The position numbers and the translations under genes were made by a program. Below the pieces are notes generated by a model, which ran no database searches, was not told the origin of the DNA, and saw nothing but the letters and a program-made list of their open reading frames with translations. 64,000 nucleotides of DNA from Kofleriaceae bacterium (GTDB lineage Bacteria; Myxococcota_A; Polyangia; Haliangiales; Haliangiaceae), in contig CBDCCZ010000054.1 of assembly GCA_965215005.1 (NCBI GenBank), forward strand, positions 128,001 to 192,000, written 5' to 3'. Positions 22,190-32,449 of this stretch are shown one piece after another; position 1 is the first letter of the stretch, and each line of letters starts with the position of its first letter.

Positions 22190-22969
22190 TCAATCGATGA
22201 CGTCGACGCAGCAGCCGCCGGCGCAGAATTGGTCGTCGTCGCAGCCGCGGGAGCAGGCGCGAAGGTTTGGCGGGCAAGCGGCAGCGCTGCACTGTGCAGG
22301 AAGGTCCTCGGGGCGCTGTCCGGGGCAGAGGATGCAGTCGGCGTCGGAGCAGTTGGTGTTGCCGCAGTCGGTCTTGGTGCAGGCTGGGCAGCGACTCGAG
22401 TCGGCGAGGCCGTCGAGGTCGCAGTTGGGCGCCAAGCGCGGATTGGTGAGGACGTCGAAGCAGTTGCCATCGGCGCAGACGGTGCAACATCCAAAGCAAT
22501 CGCAGCCGGGTGGCGTGGTGGGCCCACACGTGTCGCGGCAGGTTTGCGAGACCTCACAGTCGCTCGGATCGAATGGCGGCGGCGCGAACGGACACGCTTG
22601 ACCCGCGAGGTCGAGCAAGCAGCAGGCGTGGAGGCGGCAGCCATCGTCACCGCTGCCGCTGTTGCCGTCGAAATAGCAGTCTTGCCGGCCGACGGCGTTG
22701 TTATCGCCCGAGAGTCCGGTCTCGAAGCTGTCTTCCCGGTCGTCTCGCGGAGAGAGGCAGTGGGGATCGTAGCCATCGATGCGGCCGTCGCCGTCGTCGT
22801 CGAGACAGTTGGAGCATTGAGTCGTGCCGGGGACGCAGCTTGGTGGAGCCAGTGGTCCGGCGGCGGCAGCGTCGCCCGCGCCTACGTCGTTTCCGGCGCT
22901 GTCGGAGACCAAGCTGGTCGTTTGGTTGCAGCCGGCGGCGAGGGCAGCGAGGAGCAGCATCGAGCGCAC
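22190..22969 (-). CDS. Cys-rich lipoprotein
   Basis: Lipobox AAGC; CSNCLDDDGDGRIDGYDPHC; many Cys. Confidence 0.8.
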   Translation of the reverse strand: MRSMLLLAALAAGCNQTTSLVSDSAGNDVGAGDAAAAGPLAPPSCVPGTTQCSNCLDDDGDGRIDGYDPHCLSPRDDREDSFETGLSGDNNAVGRQDCYFDGNSGSGDDGCRLHACCLLDLAGQACPFAPPPFDPSDCEVSQTCRDTCGPTTPPGCDCFGCCTVCADGNCFDVLTNPRLAPNCDLDGLADSSRCPACTKTDCGNTNCSDADCILCPGQRPEDLPAQCSAAACPPNLRACSRGCDDDQFCAGGCCVDVID

Positions 22970-23181
22970 GGTTCCACGATGCCACGGCGGGCGTTGGGTA
23001 TCACCTAGCGATTTGCAGTCGCCTGGCAACTTCCGAACAGATTCGACGCGAGCGCCGGAGGGAGCGGTTCTCGGCCTTGGCAAACTTTGGTTTAAGGTCT
23101 GGACATAGCTCAGCAATCCTTGTTTCGCGCAGAGAGAAAAGCGTTGACGGAGGGGGAAGGCACGTGGTGTAAGGCCCCGCC

Positions 23182-24828
23182 ATGCGAACAGCGATCAGTT
23201 TGGTGTGCGTGGGAGCGTTGCTCATGGGGGCGTGTGGCTCGTCGGGGGGCGGGGATTCAGACTCGACCGCCGATGGCGGCGAAGTACGTCCCTCTCCTGA
23301 TGGCGGGATGAGTCCCGGAGCCGACGCCGGTGTCGACCCTGATAGTGGCGTCGACCCTGATAGTGGCGTCGACCCCGATGCCGGCATGGATGGCGACGGC
23401 GGCATGAGCCCGATGGGTATCCCGCTCGAAGAGCTCACCACTGCCGCGGGGCAATCCATTTGCAGCGCACTGTTTCGCTGTTGCGATGATGATCTCGCGG
23501 ACTATTTCGCGCCTTACCTCGGCTCGAGCCGCCTTGCGGACTATCACGACCGCCTGCCCCCCAACGCCGAGCTCGACGAGGCCGGATGCCGCGAAATCTT
23601 GCCGCAAATGCTGGCGATTCAGCCGCTCGGCGCGTGGCTACCGCACGCACGGTCGGGTGCCGTCGAGTATGACGGCGCGGCAGCGGCGGCCTGCGTAGCG
23701 GAGCTAGAGAGCGCCGAGTGCGGCGACCAAACCCGCGCGGCGCTGTTTGACTCCACTTGCTTTGGATTCGCCGCCCCCAACGGCGGCGCTGAGCAACGCT
23801 CTATGTTTCGCCGAATCGGTGCCGTGGGCGATGCGTGTGCGCCGGTGCCCGATGGCTTCGGCACCTCATTTCACGGCACCTGCGACCCGACGATGAATTT
23901 CTGCTGCTACCAAGATGCTGACAATCCGGGTGGTTGCACCGGACCGTTTGCCTCGGGCGGGACGCCCCGCGCGGGAACCTGCCAAGCAGCGCCCGGCCCC
24001 GGCGAAACTTGCTCGTACTCTCCTCCGTACAATATCTGCGTCACCGGCTTGTCCTGCGACGGGAACACCAGAACGTGCGTCGCCGATCGAACGGAGCCGC
24101 TGCAGGTTGGAGCGACGTGCGTCAATGACGGAGGCTTCTTGCTTGGCCTTTGCCAAGACAGCTGGTGCGATCTGCTGGGCTCGAAAGTTTGCGAGCCGAT
24201 GAAGGCGGAAGGCGCGACGTGCACAGCTGGTTGGGAGTGCGAGACGGGCAAGTGCGACACGGTCTGCGTGCCCAACGACTTTTGCGCCCCGGATGCCGGC
24301 GGTGGCACGGGTGAGGTGGGCGCCGCGGAAACCTGCTCAACGGCACTGACGTTGGCGTCGGTGAGCCAACCGACCCAGCCCGGCACGGTCTACGATTTCA
24401 CGGCTGCCGGCAGCTTCGGGACCTCCAACGACTACAACCCACTGATTGCTAGCGGCCTCCCGCCCGCCTGCTCGTTCGTTTACGATGCTACTGGCAATGA
24501 GCTGGTGTATGAAGTGACACTCGAGCCGGGCCAGACGCTCCAGACCCGCTATGAGGTGTTTCCGCGGCGCGCCGGTCGCGGCATCTACATCCTCGATAGC
24601 TGCCCCGAGGCAACCTGGCCCGACCTCGACGGTTCCATGTTTTGTGGGAGCAACGAGTATCGCGCCTCGCCGCCGTGCACCATCGAGTGCGATCCCCTCG
24701 ACTTCAGCTTCACCTGGCCCACCAGCCGCGATGGCCAGCCCACTGAAACCAAGACGTTTTGGGTGGTGCTCGACCAGGTCGATGGCGCCGACGCCGATAG
24801 CTTCCGCCTCGACTGGACGATCCGCTAA
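23182..24828 (+). CDS. Large Cys-rich lipoprotein
   Basis: Lipobox MGAC; acidic linker; Cys-rich modules and C-terminal beta domain. Confidence 0.85.
   Translation: MRTAISLVCVGALLMGACGSSGGGDSDSTADGGEVRPSPDGGMSPGADAGVDPDSGVDPDSGVDPDAGMDGDGGMSPMGIPLEELTTAAGQSICSALFRCCDDDLADYFAPYLGSSRLADYHDRLPPNAELDEAGCREILPQMLAIQPLGAWLPHARSGAVEYDGAAAAACVAELESAECGDQTRAALFDSTCFGFAAPNGGAEQRSMFRRIGAVGDACAPVPDGFGTSFHGTCDPTMNFCCYQDADNPGGCTGPFASGGTPRAGTCQAAPGPGETCSYSPPYNICVTGLSCDGNTRTCVADRTEPLQVGATCVNDGGFLLGLCQDSWCDLLGSKVCEPMKAEGATCTAGWECETGKCDTVCVPNDFCAPDAGGGTGEVGAAETCSTALTLASVSQPTQPGTVYDFTAAGSFGTSNDYNPLIASGLPPACSFVYDATGNELVYEVTLEPGQTLQTRYEVFPRRAGRGIYILDSCPEATWPDLDGSMFCGSNEYRASPPCTIECDPLDFSFTWPTSRDGQPTETKTFWVVLDQVDGADADSFRLDWTIR
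23329..23382 (+). repeat. Intragenic 18-bp tandem repeat x3 (GVDPDS)
   Basis: ggYgtcgaccctgatagt repeated in the linker. Confidence 0.85.
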
Positions 24829-24972
24829 CACCGAGCGCCGCGGCGCTCGAGCCCCCACATTAAATCGCTGCAGTCGCGCGGGACGCAGGTCCTTCGCGAC
24901 TGCTTCGTCGTCAGCTCACTGGGCAGCCGCGGCTCGAATGCTACGCTCGCTGCTCCTACTCACCGGCTGCTG

Positions 24973-25590
24973 ATGGACCTTTCCCTGCGACGCTTCGAGT
25001 CCTGCTTGGCGGGCTTGGAAATCCCTGCGCATCGGCAAATCGTTGCCAAGAAGCGAGCGGCGGTGGCGGCGCTACTGCGCTTCGAGCGCCCGACACCCGA
25101 CGTGCTGCTGATGGTCCGGGCCGACGACCCGCGCGATCGGTGGTCGGGGCAGGTGAGCTTCCCCGGCGGCCGCGAGGATCCCATCGACCCTTCGCTGCGG
25201 CATACGGCGATGCGCGAGACGCTGGAGGAAGTCGGCATCGATCTCGCCAGCAGCGCGCGCTGCCTTGGGCAGCTGCCGCCGGTTCGCGCGGTGGCGCGAG
25301 GCAAGGTGCGGCCGATGACCATTACGCCGTTCGTGTTCGTGCAGACCGGCCCGGTCGCGATCACGCACAACTATGAGGTGCAAGATACCTTCTGGTTGCC
25401 GCTCGATCAGGCGGCCTCAGGAGCGCTGAGCAGCACGTATGAGTACGAGTTTGGCCCGCTGCCGATGGCGATGCCCTGTTGGCGCTATCACGGGCGAGTC
25501 ATCTGGGGGCTCACCTTTAGAATGCTCACTGAGCTGCTCGAGGTGGTCGGCGTCTCGCCCGCGGCCAATGTCCCCTCGCCAACGTCCTAG
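24973..25590 (+). CDS. Nudix hydrolase, CoA pyrophosphatase-like
   Basis: WSGQVSFPGG..TAMRETLEEVG; IWGLT. Confidence 0.9.
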   Translation: MDLSLRRFESCLAGLEIPAHRQIVAKKRAAVAALLRFERPTPDVLLMVRADDPRDRWSGQVSFPGGREDPIDPSLRHTAMRETLEEVGIDLASSARCLGQLPPVRAVARGKVRPMTITPFVFVQTGPVAITHNYEVQDTFWLPLDQAASGALSSTYEYEFGPLPMAMPCWRYHGRVIWGLTFRMLTELLEVVGVSPAANVPSPTS

Positions 25591-25616
25591 CGATTCACGG
25601 CGGAAGTCGTGAACCG

Positions 25617-26255
25617 CTAGCGCTCTTTTAGCAGCCCGCGCTCTGCAAGCAGCGTTGGCTCGCGGCCGGCATCGATGCGGTACTCGTAGACCTTGCGGGC
25701 ATTGTCGATGAGGGGGCAGCGCAGGTGCACCAGGAGCCCGAAGCGCGCCGACACTTCGAAGCCCGAGACGAAGAACCCATGGCGGAGCTTGGGAATGAGC
25801 ACCTGATTGTTATCGGCGTTGTGCCGGCTCCACGCTTCGCGGAAGCCAGTTTGGCGCAAGACCTCCAAGAGTCGCGGAAGAAACTCGGTGTAGAGCCCGC
25901 GCCCCTGATGCTCGGGCAGCACCGCCGTTTGCATCATGTAATAGCGGCCGAAGGCCTCTTGATGACCCGCATAGCAGCCGACGGTGACGTCGTTCTCTTT
26001 GAACAGCAGCCAATGGGCAAGACCGGCACGTGGTAGCAGCTCGTCGAGGGCGTTGATTCGGTCGCGCTCGGCCTCGCTGTACACTTTCGCGAAGTCGATG
26101 AGCTCGCGGCTACTCAGCTCGCTGCGCACGCGCCGCCACTGGGTCCACCACGTGTGCTCTTCAACGACCTCGATCGAGTAGGTTCCGGCTAGCGGCTCGC
26201 GCAGCAGTCGCCGAGTGGTCTTTTCGAAGTCGCTACGGACGGTCTCCTTGTGCAT
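25617..26255 (-). CDS. GNAT family N-acetyltransferase
   Basis: VLPEHQGRGLY acetyl-CoA motif; GGAGG SD. Confidence 0.8.
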   Translation of the reverse strand: MHKETVRSDFEKTTRRLLREPLAGTYSIEVVEEHTWWTQWRRVRSELSSRELIDFAKVYSEAERDRINALDELLPRAGLAHWLLFKENDVTVGCYAGHQEAFGRYYMMQTAVLPEHQGRGLYTEFLPRLLEVLRQTGFREAWSRHNADNNQVLIPKLRHGFFVSGFEVSARFGLLVHLRCPLIDNARKVYEYRIDAGREPTLLAERGLLKER

Positions 26256-26370
26256 GGCGCCTCCCATGCGAACGTACCACCCGCGGCTGCGGCTGCGGTG
26301 GCGCGCGAGGGCGCGTGGATATCCGCCTGCCACCGCGGCATGGCGCGCCGGTTCACGGCACAATGCCGCG

Positions 26371-27375
26371 ATGGCAGGTGTCTCTCTGGTAACTGGCGCG
26401 ACCGGATTCATCGGCTCGCATCTCGCCCGGCAGCTTCTCGAGCGCGGCGAGTCGGTGCGTGTGTTGGTGCGTGATCCGGCAAAGCTGCGCGCCGTTGGCC
26501 TCGCTGATGCGCCGGGGCTCGAAGTCGCGCAGGGCGATCTGCTGGAGCCAGCCACCATCCGCGCGGCACTCGCAGGCGTGCGCCGCCTTTATCACGTCGC
26601 CGGCTACATCTCCACTGCCCGCGACGATCGCGACGACGTCTATCGCCTCAACGTCGACACCACCAGCAACTTGTTCACTGCAGCCAGCTCGATGAATCTC
26701 GATAAGATCGTCTATCTAGCGAGCATCTTCGCTCTCGGAGGCGGGCGCGATGAGACGCCGGTAGATGAAGGCGTTGCGTATGATTTGAGCGGGTTTGGAG
26801 TCGACTACTTCGTCGCCAAACGCCGCGCCGAGCTCGATGCCCGTGAGCAGCTGGCGCGGGGCCTGCCGCTGGTATTCGTGTATCCGTGCTTCTGTTATGG
26901 CCCCGGCGACGTGCATCACTCGAGCTCGCGGCTCATCGAGCTGCACTTAGCGCGTCGACTCGTCGCTACGATAGATGGCGGACAAAACGCCATGGACGTG
27001 CGCGACGCGGCGGCGGGACTCATTCGTGGAATGGAGCGCGGACGCATCGGCGAGCGCTATCTCATCGGCGGTGGAAATTACACCAACAGCGAGCTCGGGC
27101 AGGCTCTTGCTGATATCACCGGCTATCGCGCGCCGATGCTGCGCTTGCCGGGTGGGCTAGCCATCGCGGCCGGAAAACTGGCGGAGCGGGTTTGGCCGTC
27201 GTCGCCGCTCGATGCGCAGTCGGCGAAGATGGCTGCGCGCTTTTGGTATTACGACGACAGCAAGGCGCGCCGCGAGCTCGGTCATACGTCGCGCCCGCTC
27301 GCGGAGACGCTGCGCGCCGCCATCGAGTGGTTCGTTGTCCGTGGCCAATTCAGGCGACCGCCGCAGCTGCAATGA
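26371..27375 (+). CDS. NAD-dependent epimerase/dehydratase (HpnA/DFR-like)
   Basis: VTGATGFIG, YFVAK, GRIGERY. Confidence 0.9.
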   Translation: MAGVSLVTGATGFIGSHLARQLLERGESVRVLVRDPAKLRAVGLADAPGLEVAQGDLLEPATIRAALAGVRRLYHVAGYISTARDDRDDVYRLNVDTTSNLFTAASSMNLDKIVYLASIFALGGGRDETPVDEGVAYDLSGFGVDYFVAKRRAELDAREQLARGLPLVFVYPCFCYGPGDVHHSSSRLIELHLARRLVATIDGGQNAMDVRDAAAGLIRGMERGRIGERYLIGGGNYTNSELGQALADITGYRAPMLRLPGGLAIAAGKLAERVWPSSPLDAQSAKMAARFWYYDDSKARRELGHTSRPLAETLRAAIEWFVVRGQFRRPPQLQ

Positions 27376-27568
27376 CCCTGCTGCAAACTCACGATTGGCG
27401 CAGGTGTCTTACGTCGGCCGCAACCGCCTACGCGGCAGCGAATCTGCTAGAGGGCGTCCAAGTCGCGGTTTTCTGAGACCTCCGGCTGCGAGCTCCCTCG
27501 AACATCTGACGGTGACGATGCAATATCAGCGGCTTAGGAGCGGCTCACGTCTTGCTTTGATCGCGGCC

Positions 27569-29308
27569 ATGCCCATTAGACTCGCTAGGACTCATCGCAT
27601 GCTCATCTTGGGTGCTTGCGTGGCCACAATGGCCGCCGTTGCCCTCTACGAGCAGCCTGCCGCTCACGCTTGCGGCTGCTTCGCACCGCCGGATCCTTCG
27701 GTGCCGATCGTGCAGGCGGGGGAGCGGATTGCCTTCGCCATGGAGGATGGCGACGTCATCGCGCACATTCAAATCCAGTATTCCGGCGATGCCGAGGAGT
27801 TTGCTTGGCTGGTGCCGCTGCCGTCACTTCCCGAGATGACGCTAGGAACCGATGAGCTATTCACGCAGCTCATCGCAACCACGCAGCCCAAGTACATCGT
27901 CAACCGCGAGTTCGAGGAATGCTCATTGTTAGGCGAGGGCTCCGCCGCCGACGGCTCCCCCTCCAGCAGCCCCACTGGCAGCGATGAGGGCCCGCTCGTC
28001 TCTCGCGATACCATTGGCCCTTACGACTACGCGATCTTGAAAGCCGACAGCAAGCAGCCAATGCTCGACTGGCTCTCCAGCGAGCGCTTCTTCGTTCCCG
28101 CCGGTACGGAAGAAGTTGTTGACCCATACATCCGCCCAGGAGCCTATTTTCTGGCCCTGAAGCTGCGGTCAGGTGAGAGCTCGGGCGATCTGCAGCCCGT
28201 GGTTCTGCGCTATCGCTCCGACCTGCCGATGATTCCAATCGTCCTCACCAGCGTGGCAGCGGACCCGGATATGGGCATCTTGGTCTGGATGCTCGGCGAG
28301 CACAGGGCGATCCCGCGCAACTACTATCATACCGAGCTCAACGACGCGGCTCTCGATTGGCTCAACGGCGCGCAAAACTACGTAGAGGTGGTTACGCGGG
28401 CGGTGGACGAGGCCAACCGACATCACTCGTTCGTCACCGAGTACGCAGGCACCAGCGCGATCATGCGCGACGTTCTCGACCCGCCGAACCGGTTCGGTGA
28501 TCGCGAGTATATGCGCCGACTCACCGATCCAATCGAGTTCGTGAACTACGTGCTCTACAGCGGGTATGCGGATTTTCCGCAGGGCTTCCCGGTTATCTCC
28601 ACACAGCTTCTAGGCGTGCTGCAGCGTCATCTGCCGGTTCCCGCCGGGCTCCTGGCCGCCGGCATTCCTGCAACCGATTACTACTTGCAGCTCGAGTATT
28701 ACCTTGGCAGCTATCGCCAGCAGCACCCCGAGCAATTTGCGGATCTCGATCTCGAGTATGACCCCGCGGCAGTCACCGCGGAGCTCGAAGAGCGAATCGT
28801 TGTGCCGACCCTCGCCGCCGGACAGCTGTTTCGCAAGAACTCTTATATGACGCGGTTGTTCACGACGCTGTCGCCAGACGAGATGAACCGCGATCCGGTG
28901 TTTAGCTACAATCCCGACCTGCCGGACGTCTCCAACGTGCACACGGCCAATTTGGTGTTGCAGTGCACGCTCGATGACGACGGACGCCTGCGCTGGTTTG
29001 GTCAGCTCATCACGGAGCAAGGTTGGGTCATCGAGGTGCCCGATGGCATCGCAGGTGGCGTATGGCCAGACATCGACATGCCGGCGAGCGCGGCGACTCA
29101 GATACTTCGAGAAGAAGGCTTGCCGACCACAGTGCGCAATAATCGCGACTCCATCACCTCGGCGATCGGCGCTGCCAACCAAGAGATGGCGCATAATCGC
29201 CGTTCTGGGGGCTGCGCACTGGCGCCGACCGGCCGCGGTGCCAGCGGGTTCGCCGCGCTGCTCCTGGCTGGGCTGTTCCTCGGAACCCGCCGCCGCCGCA
29301 CGCCGTAG
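27569..29308 (+). CDS. DUF2330-like protein with MYXO-CTERM sorting signal
   Basis: AHACGCF, FAWLVPLP, YFLALKL, MIPIVLT; C-terminal GGC..TM..RRRR; start uncertain. Confidence 0.8.
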   Translation: MPIRLARTHRMLILGACVATMAAVALYEQPAAHACGCFAPPDPSVPIVQAGERIAFAMEDGDVIAHIQIQYSGDAEEFAWLVPLPSLPEMTLGTDELFTQLIATTQPKYIVNREFEECSLLGEGSAADGSPSSSPTGSDEGPLVSRDTIGPYDYAILKADSKQPMLDWLSSERFFVPAGTEEVVDPYIRPGAYFLALKLRSGESSGDLQPVVLRYRSDLPMIPIVLTSVAADPDMGILVWMLGEHRAIPRNYYHTELNDAALDWLNGAQNYVEVVTRAVDEANRHHSFVTEYAGTSAIMRDVLDPPNRFGDREYMRRLTDPIEFVNYVLYSGYADFPQGFPVISTQLLGVLQRHLPVPAGLLAAGIPATDYYLQLEYYLGSYRQQHPEQFADLDLEYDPAAVTAELEERIVVPTLAAGQLFRKNSYMTRLFTTLSPDEMNRDPVFSYNPDLPDVSNVHTANLVLQCTLDDDGRLRWFGQLITEQGWVIEVPDGIAGGVWPDIDMPASAATQILREEGLPTTVRNNRDSITSAIGAANQEMAHNRRSGGCALAPTGRGASGFAALLLAGLFLGTRRRRTP

Positions 29309-29319
29309 CGAGGGACCTG

Positions 29320-29841
29320 ATGTCGCAGGCGAGAACGCTTCTATTGCTGCTCCTATCAGCACTCGTCTCCGCATGCATCGAGGTGCCCGAAGCCGAGCCC
29401 ACGTTGACGCTGGGCTCGGCGCCTGCCAGCGGCGTTGGCTTCGTAAGTGCCGACGATGGCCAGAGCGTCGAGCTGATTCCCGGCGCCCAAAGTGGCTTTC
29501 ACGTGTGGCTCGCGATGCGGATTGAAGGCCTCGAGGGGCAGGTGTTCGTCGAGCACGAAGCACGTCGCGTGCGTGATGAGGCGCTCGTGCTTCGCGGCCA
29601 GCGACGGTCGCTCGACATCCCGAGCGATGCGCTGATGGCTCCATGGGAGCCGGAAAACGCCAGCCCCGCGTTCATGTGCCCAAGCCCGCTGGGACTGCAG
29701 GTCTTCGACGAAGAAATTGTCTATCGCGTGCGCGTGACGAACGCGGACGATGAGTTACTTGCCGATGCTTCCATCCGGCTCACTCCGCGCTGTCCTAGTG
29801 GCCCCGAAGAAGCGTTCTGTCGGGACATCTGCGCCGGCTGA
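29320..29841 (+). CDS. Hypothetical lipoprotein
   Basis: Lipobox VSAC; GAQSGFHVW; 11 bp after DUF2330 gene. Confidence 0.75.
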   Translation: MSQARTLLLLLLSALVSACIEVPEAEPTLTLGSAPASGVGFVSADDGQSVELIPGAQSGFHVWLAMRIEGLEGQVFVEHEARRVRDEALVLRGQRRSLDIPSDALMAPWEPENASPAFMCPSPLGLQVFDEEIVYRVRVTNADDELLADASIRLTPRCPSGPEEAFCRDICAG

Positions 29842-29910
29842 TCCCTTGCCGCGCAGCAGATTCTGCTACTCACGGGCCCCTTCGGCGTCTCCCCAAGCGA
29901 TTGTTGCTTT

Positions 29911-29988
29911 GCGCGGGGTTTACGACGTACGCCGTGAACCCCGCGCCCGCCGCTGCGGGATTCGCTGGTGCGCCCGCAGCGGCGGGCG
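29911..29988. repeat. Two adjacent inverted repeats between convergent genes
   Basis: gcgcggggtt..aaccccgcgc (29911-29946) and perfect 16-bp cgcccgccgctgcggg..cccgcagcggcgggcg (29944-29988). Confidence 0.7.
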
Positions 29989-30022
29989 TGGCGGCGGGCG
30001 CATTGGTGAAGGCGAGCCGCCG

Positions 30023-30427
<405 letters not shown>

Positions 30428-30632
30428 GGACTAATTCTCCTTACTTGGCCGGGGCGTACCATAAAGGTGCCCGCTCTCGTGACGCAAATCGAACAAGTCG
30501 AATCTGGGGCGATGACCGCAAACGCGCGCCCCAGAAGGGGGTAGGGCTACAAAGAGCGCGGAGGATAACCTCAGCGGTGCCGTCGATTGCAAATCCGCGC
30601 GCGAATTTGTTGGCTATGGCAATCTCGCCGCC

Positions 30633-30974
30633 ATGCGTCGTCTTCCTGTGGTGCTCGTCGCGTTTCTAGGGGTCGCTGCCGTTGCTTGTAAGGATCGCGC
30701 CGCTCCGACGCCGCCTGCCGATGAGGCCTTTGGCCGCGACGTCGAGCGCATCTGCCAAGCCGAAGAGCTCTCGGGCGCAGCGGCCGAGGAGCCCGGCGCG
30801 CGTCCGATGTTGGTGGCGCAGTGGCTCGGCGAGAACATCGAAACGCAGCGCGGGCGCGACTTGCTCGCGGAGGCGGCGCGGGCGGACGGCGTGGCTAAAG
30901 CCGAGGTGTTCGAGCGCGCGGCGCGTTCGGTCGGCCGCGATCGCTGCGCGACGGCCGAATCGTGGCGCAAGTAG
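30633..30974 (+). CDS. Small lipoprotein
   Basis: Lipobox AVAC; helical domain. Confidence 0.7.
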   Translation: MRRLPVVLVAFLGVAAVACKDRAAPTPPADEAFGRDVERICQAEELSGAAAEEPGARPMLVAQWLGENIETQRGRDLLAEAARADGVAKAEVFERAARSVGRDRCATAESWRK

Positions 30975-31088
30975 TCCCTCGACACGTCTCGAACGCGGCT
31001 GTGGCGTAGGCAACAGCTCTTCTGCGAGCCAGCGCACGTGGAGCTGGGCGTGCGCCATACACGTCCATAGACATGCGTACACGGCGTT

Positions 31089-31104
31089 TGGCGTGGCTTT
31101 CGCT
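31089..31104 (+). promoter_or_regulatory. Possible sigma54 promoter
   Basis: TGGCGTGGCTTTCGCT (GG-N10-GC) about 75 bp before ATG 31179. Confidence 0.3.
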
Positions 31105-31178
31105 ATCGCCCGATCGAGGTGACGAAGACGAGACGCAGCACACTGGCAAACCGCATTCACCACGTGCAATCTCATCTC

Positions 31179-32372
31179 ATGATCAAAGTTCTACCTTTGC
31201 TTGGACTCGTCTTGAGTGCCGCGTTGGGCACGAGCTGTACCTCTAGCGACGAAGGGGGTCCGTGCGATCTCGAAGGCTCGGGGCAGGTCTCCTTCGGCGA
31301 CACGAAGCTCGACGCGCTCATCGAGGCATCGGCCAAGTTCGATAGCAGTACCGATGCGCTTGCGGAGCAGGTGCGCAGCGCATGCAACGCCATCGCCACC
31401 GATCTCGGCGCGAGTGCATCCGAGGACACGGCCATGGCGTGTAGCAACGCGGCAGGCGAAATCACCGCGGTGCTCGAGGCCAACGTTGGCGCGCAGCTCA
31501 TCGTCGAGTACGTCGCGCCGGTGTGCGCGGCGAGCGGCGGCGCGTTCTTTGACTGCGTCGGTGAGTGCGACGCGAGCTTCGACGCGACCGGCAAGCTGCC
31601 GCAATGCGAGGGCGGCGAGCTCGCGGGCTCGTGCAGCGGCATGTGCTCTGGCGAGTGCACCGTAGAAGGCTCGGTGGCTTGCGAAGGCTCGTGCTCGGGC
31701 ACCTGCGAAGGCAGCTGTAGCGCCAGCGTGGTCGGCAGCTGCTCGGGCACCTGCGAAGGCACCTGCGAAGGCACCTGCAGCGCGATGGACGCGCAGGGCA
31801 ACTGCATGGGCACGTGCGAAGGAACGTGCCGCGGCTCGTGCGAAGGCACCATCGAAGGTTCGTGCTCCGGTGAGTGCGAGGGCATGTGCGAAGGCTCGTG
31901 CCGCGCCGAGGGCATGGCCAACTGCGAAGGCACGTGCAGTGGCGAGTGCTCGGTCGATTGGGTCGAGCCGGTTTGCGAGGGTGGCACGCTCGACGTGGAC
32001 GCTGAGGCCGACTGCCAGGTGGCGTGTCAGGCAGACGCCTCGTTTGACCTCGAGTGCAGCGATCCAGAGTTGGTGGTGACGGTGATCGGCGTCGCGTCGT
32101 CGGCCGACCTCGAGGCGTTGGTAACCACACTGCAAGCGAACTACGGCAAGATTCTTAAAGCGTTGTTCAAGGTTCGGTTGGTGGTCAGGGCGGCCGCGGA
32201 CTTCGGGGGCCAAATCGGCGGAGCCACCGCGGCAGCAGCTTCTGCGGGCGTCGAGGCCAGCCAATGCCTGGCACGCGCAGTGACGCTGGCCGCGGAGGCA
32301 ACCGCCAGCGCGCAGGTCTCGGTGAGCGCCTCGGTCGAGGTGTCAGGCGCGGTCGGCGCAGACGTTCAGTAA
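31179..32372 (+). CDS. Lipoprotein with CxGxC Cys-Gly repeats
   Basis: Lipobox GTSC; long (G-T/S/E-C-x) array; helical flanks. Confidence 0.85.
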   Translation: MIKVLPLLGLVLSAALGTSCTSSDEGGPCDLEGSGQVSFGDTKLDALIEASAKFDSSTDALAEQVRSACNAIATDLGASASEDTAMACSNAAGEITAVLEANVGAQLIVEYVAPVCAASGGAFFDCVGECDASFDATGKLPQCEGGELAGSCSGMCSGECTVEGSVACEGSCSGTCEGSCSASVVGSCSGTCEGTCEGTCSAMDAQGNCMGTCEGTCRGSCEGTIEGSCSGECEGMCEGSCRAEGMANCEGTCSGECSVDWVEPVCEGGTLDVDAEADCQVACQADASFDLECSDPELVVTVIGVASSADLEALVTTLQANYGKILKALFKVRLVVRAAADFGGQIGGATAAAASAGVEASQCLARAVTLAAEATASAQVSVSASVEVSGAVGADVQ

Positions 32373-32412
32373 GGGGCTTGTTCTGAACTAAGCGGAATCT
32401 CCTGAGATGAGA

Positions 32413-32444
32413 AAACGGCTCGCAGCGGCTGCTGCGGGCCGTTT
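32413..32444 (-). terminator. Hairpin terminator, possibly bidirectional
   Basis: aaacggctcgcagc-ggct-gctgcgggccgttt, just downstream of the TGA at 32450; short U-run on minus strand. Confidence 0.65.
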
Positions 32445-32449
32445 GCGCG

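Noticed and set aside
23329..23382. Tandem repeats as a CRISPR-like array (also about 31690-31940)
   Set aside because: In-frame coding repeats without spacers; no cas genes
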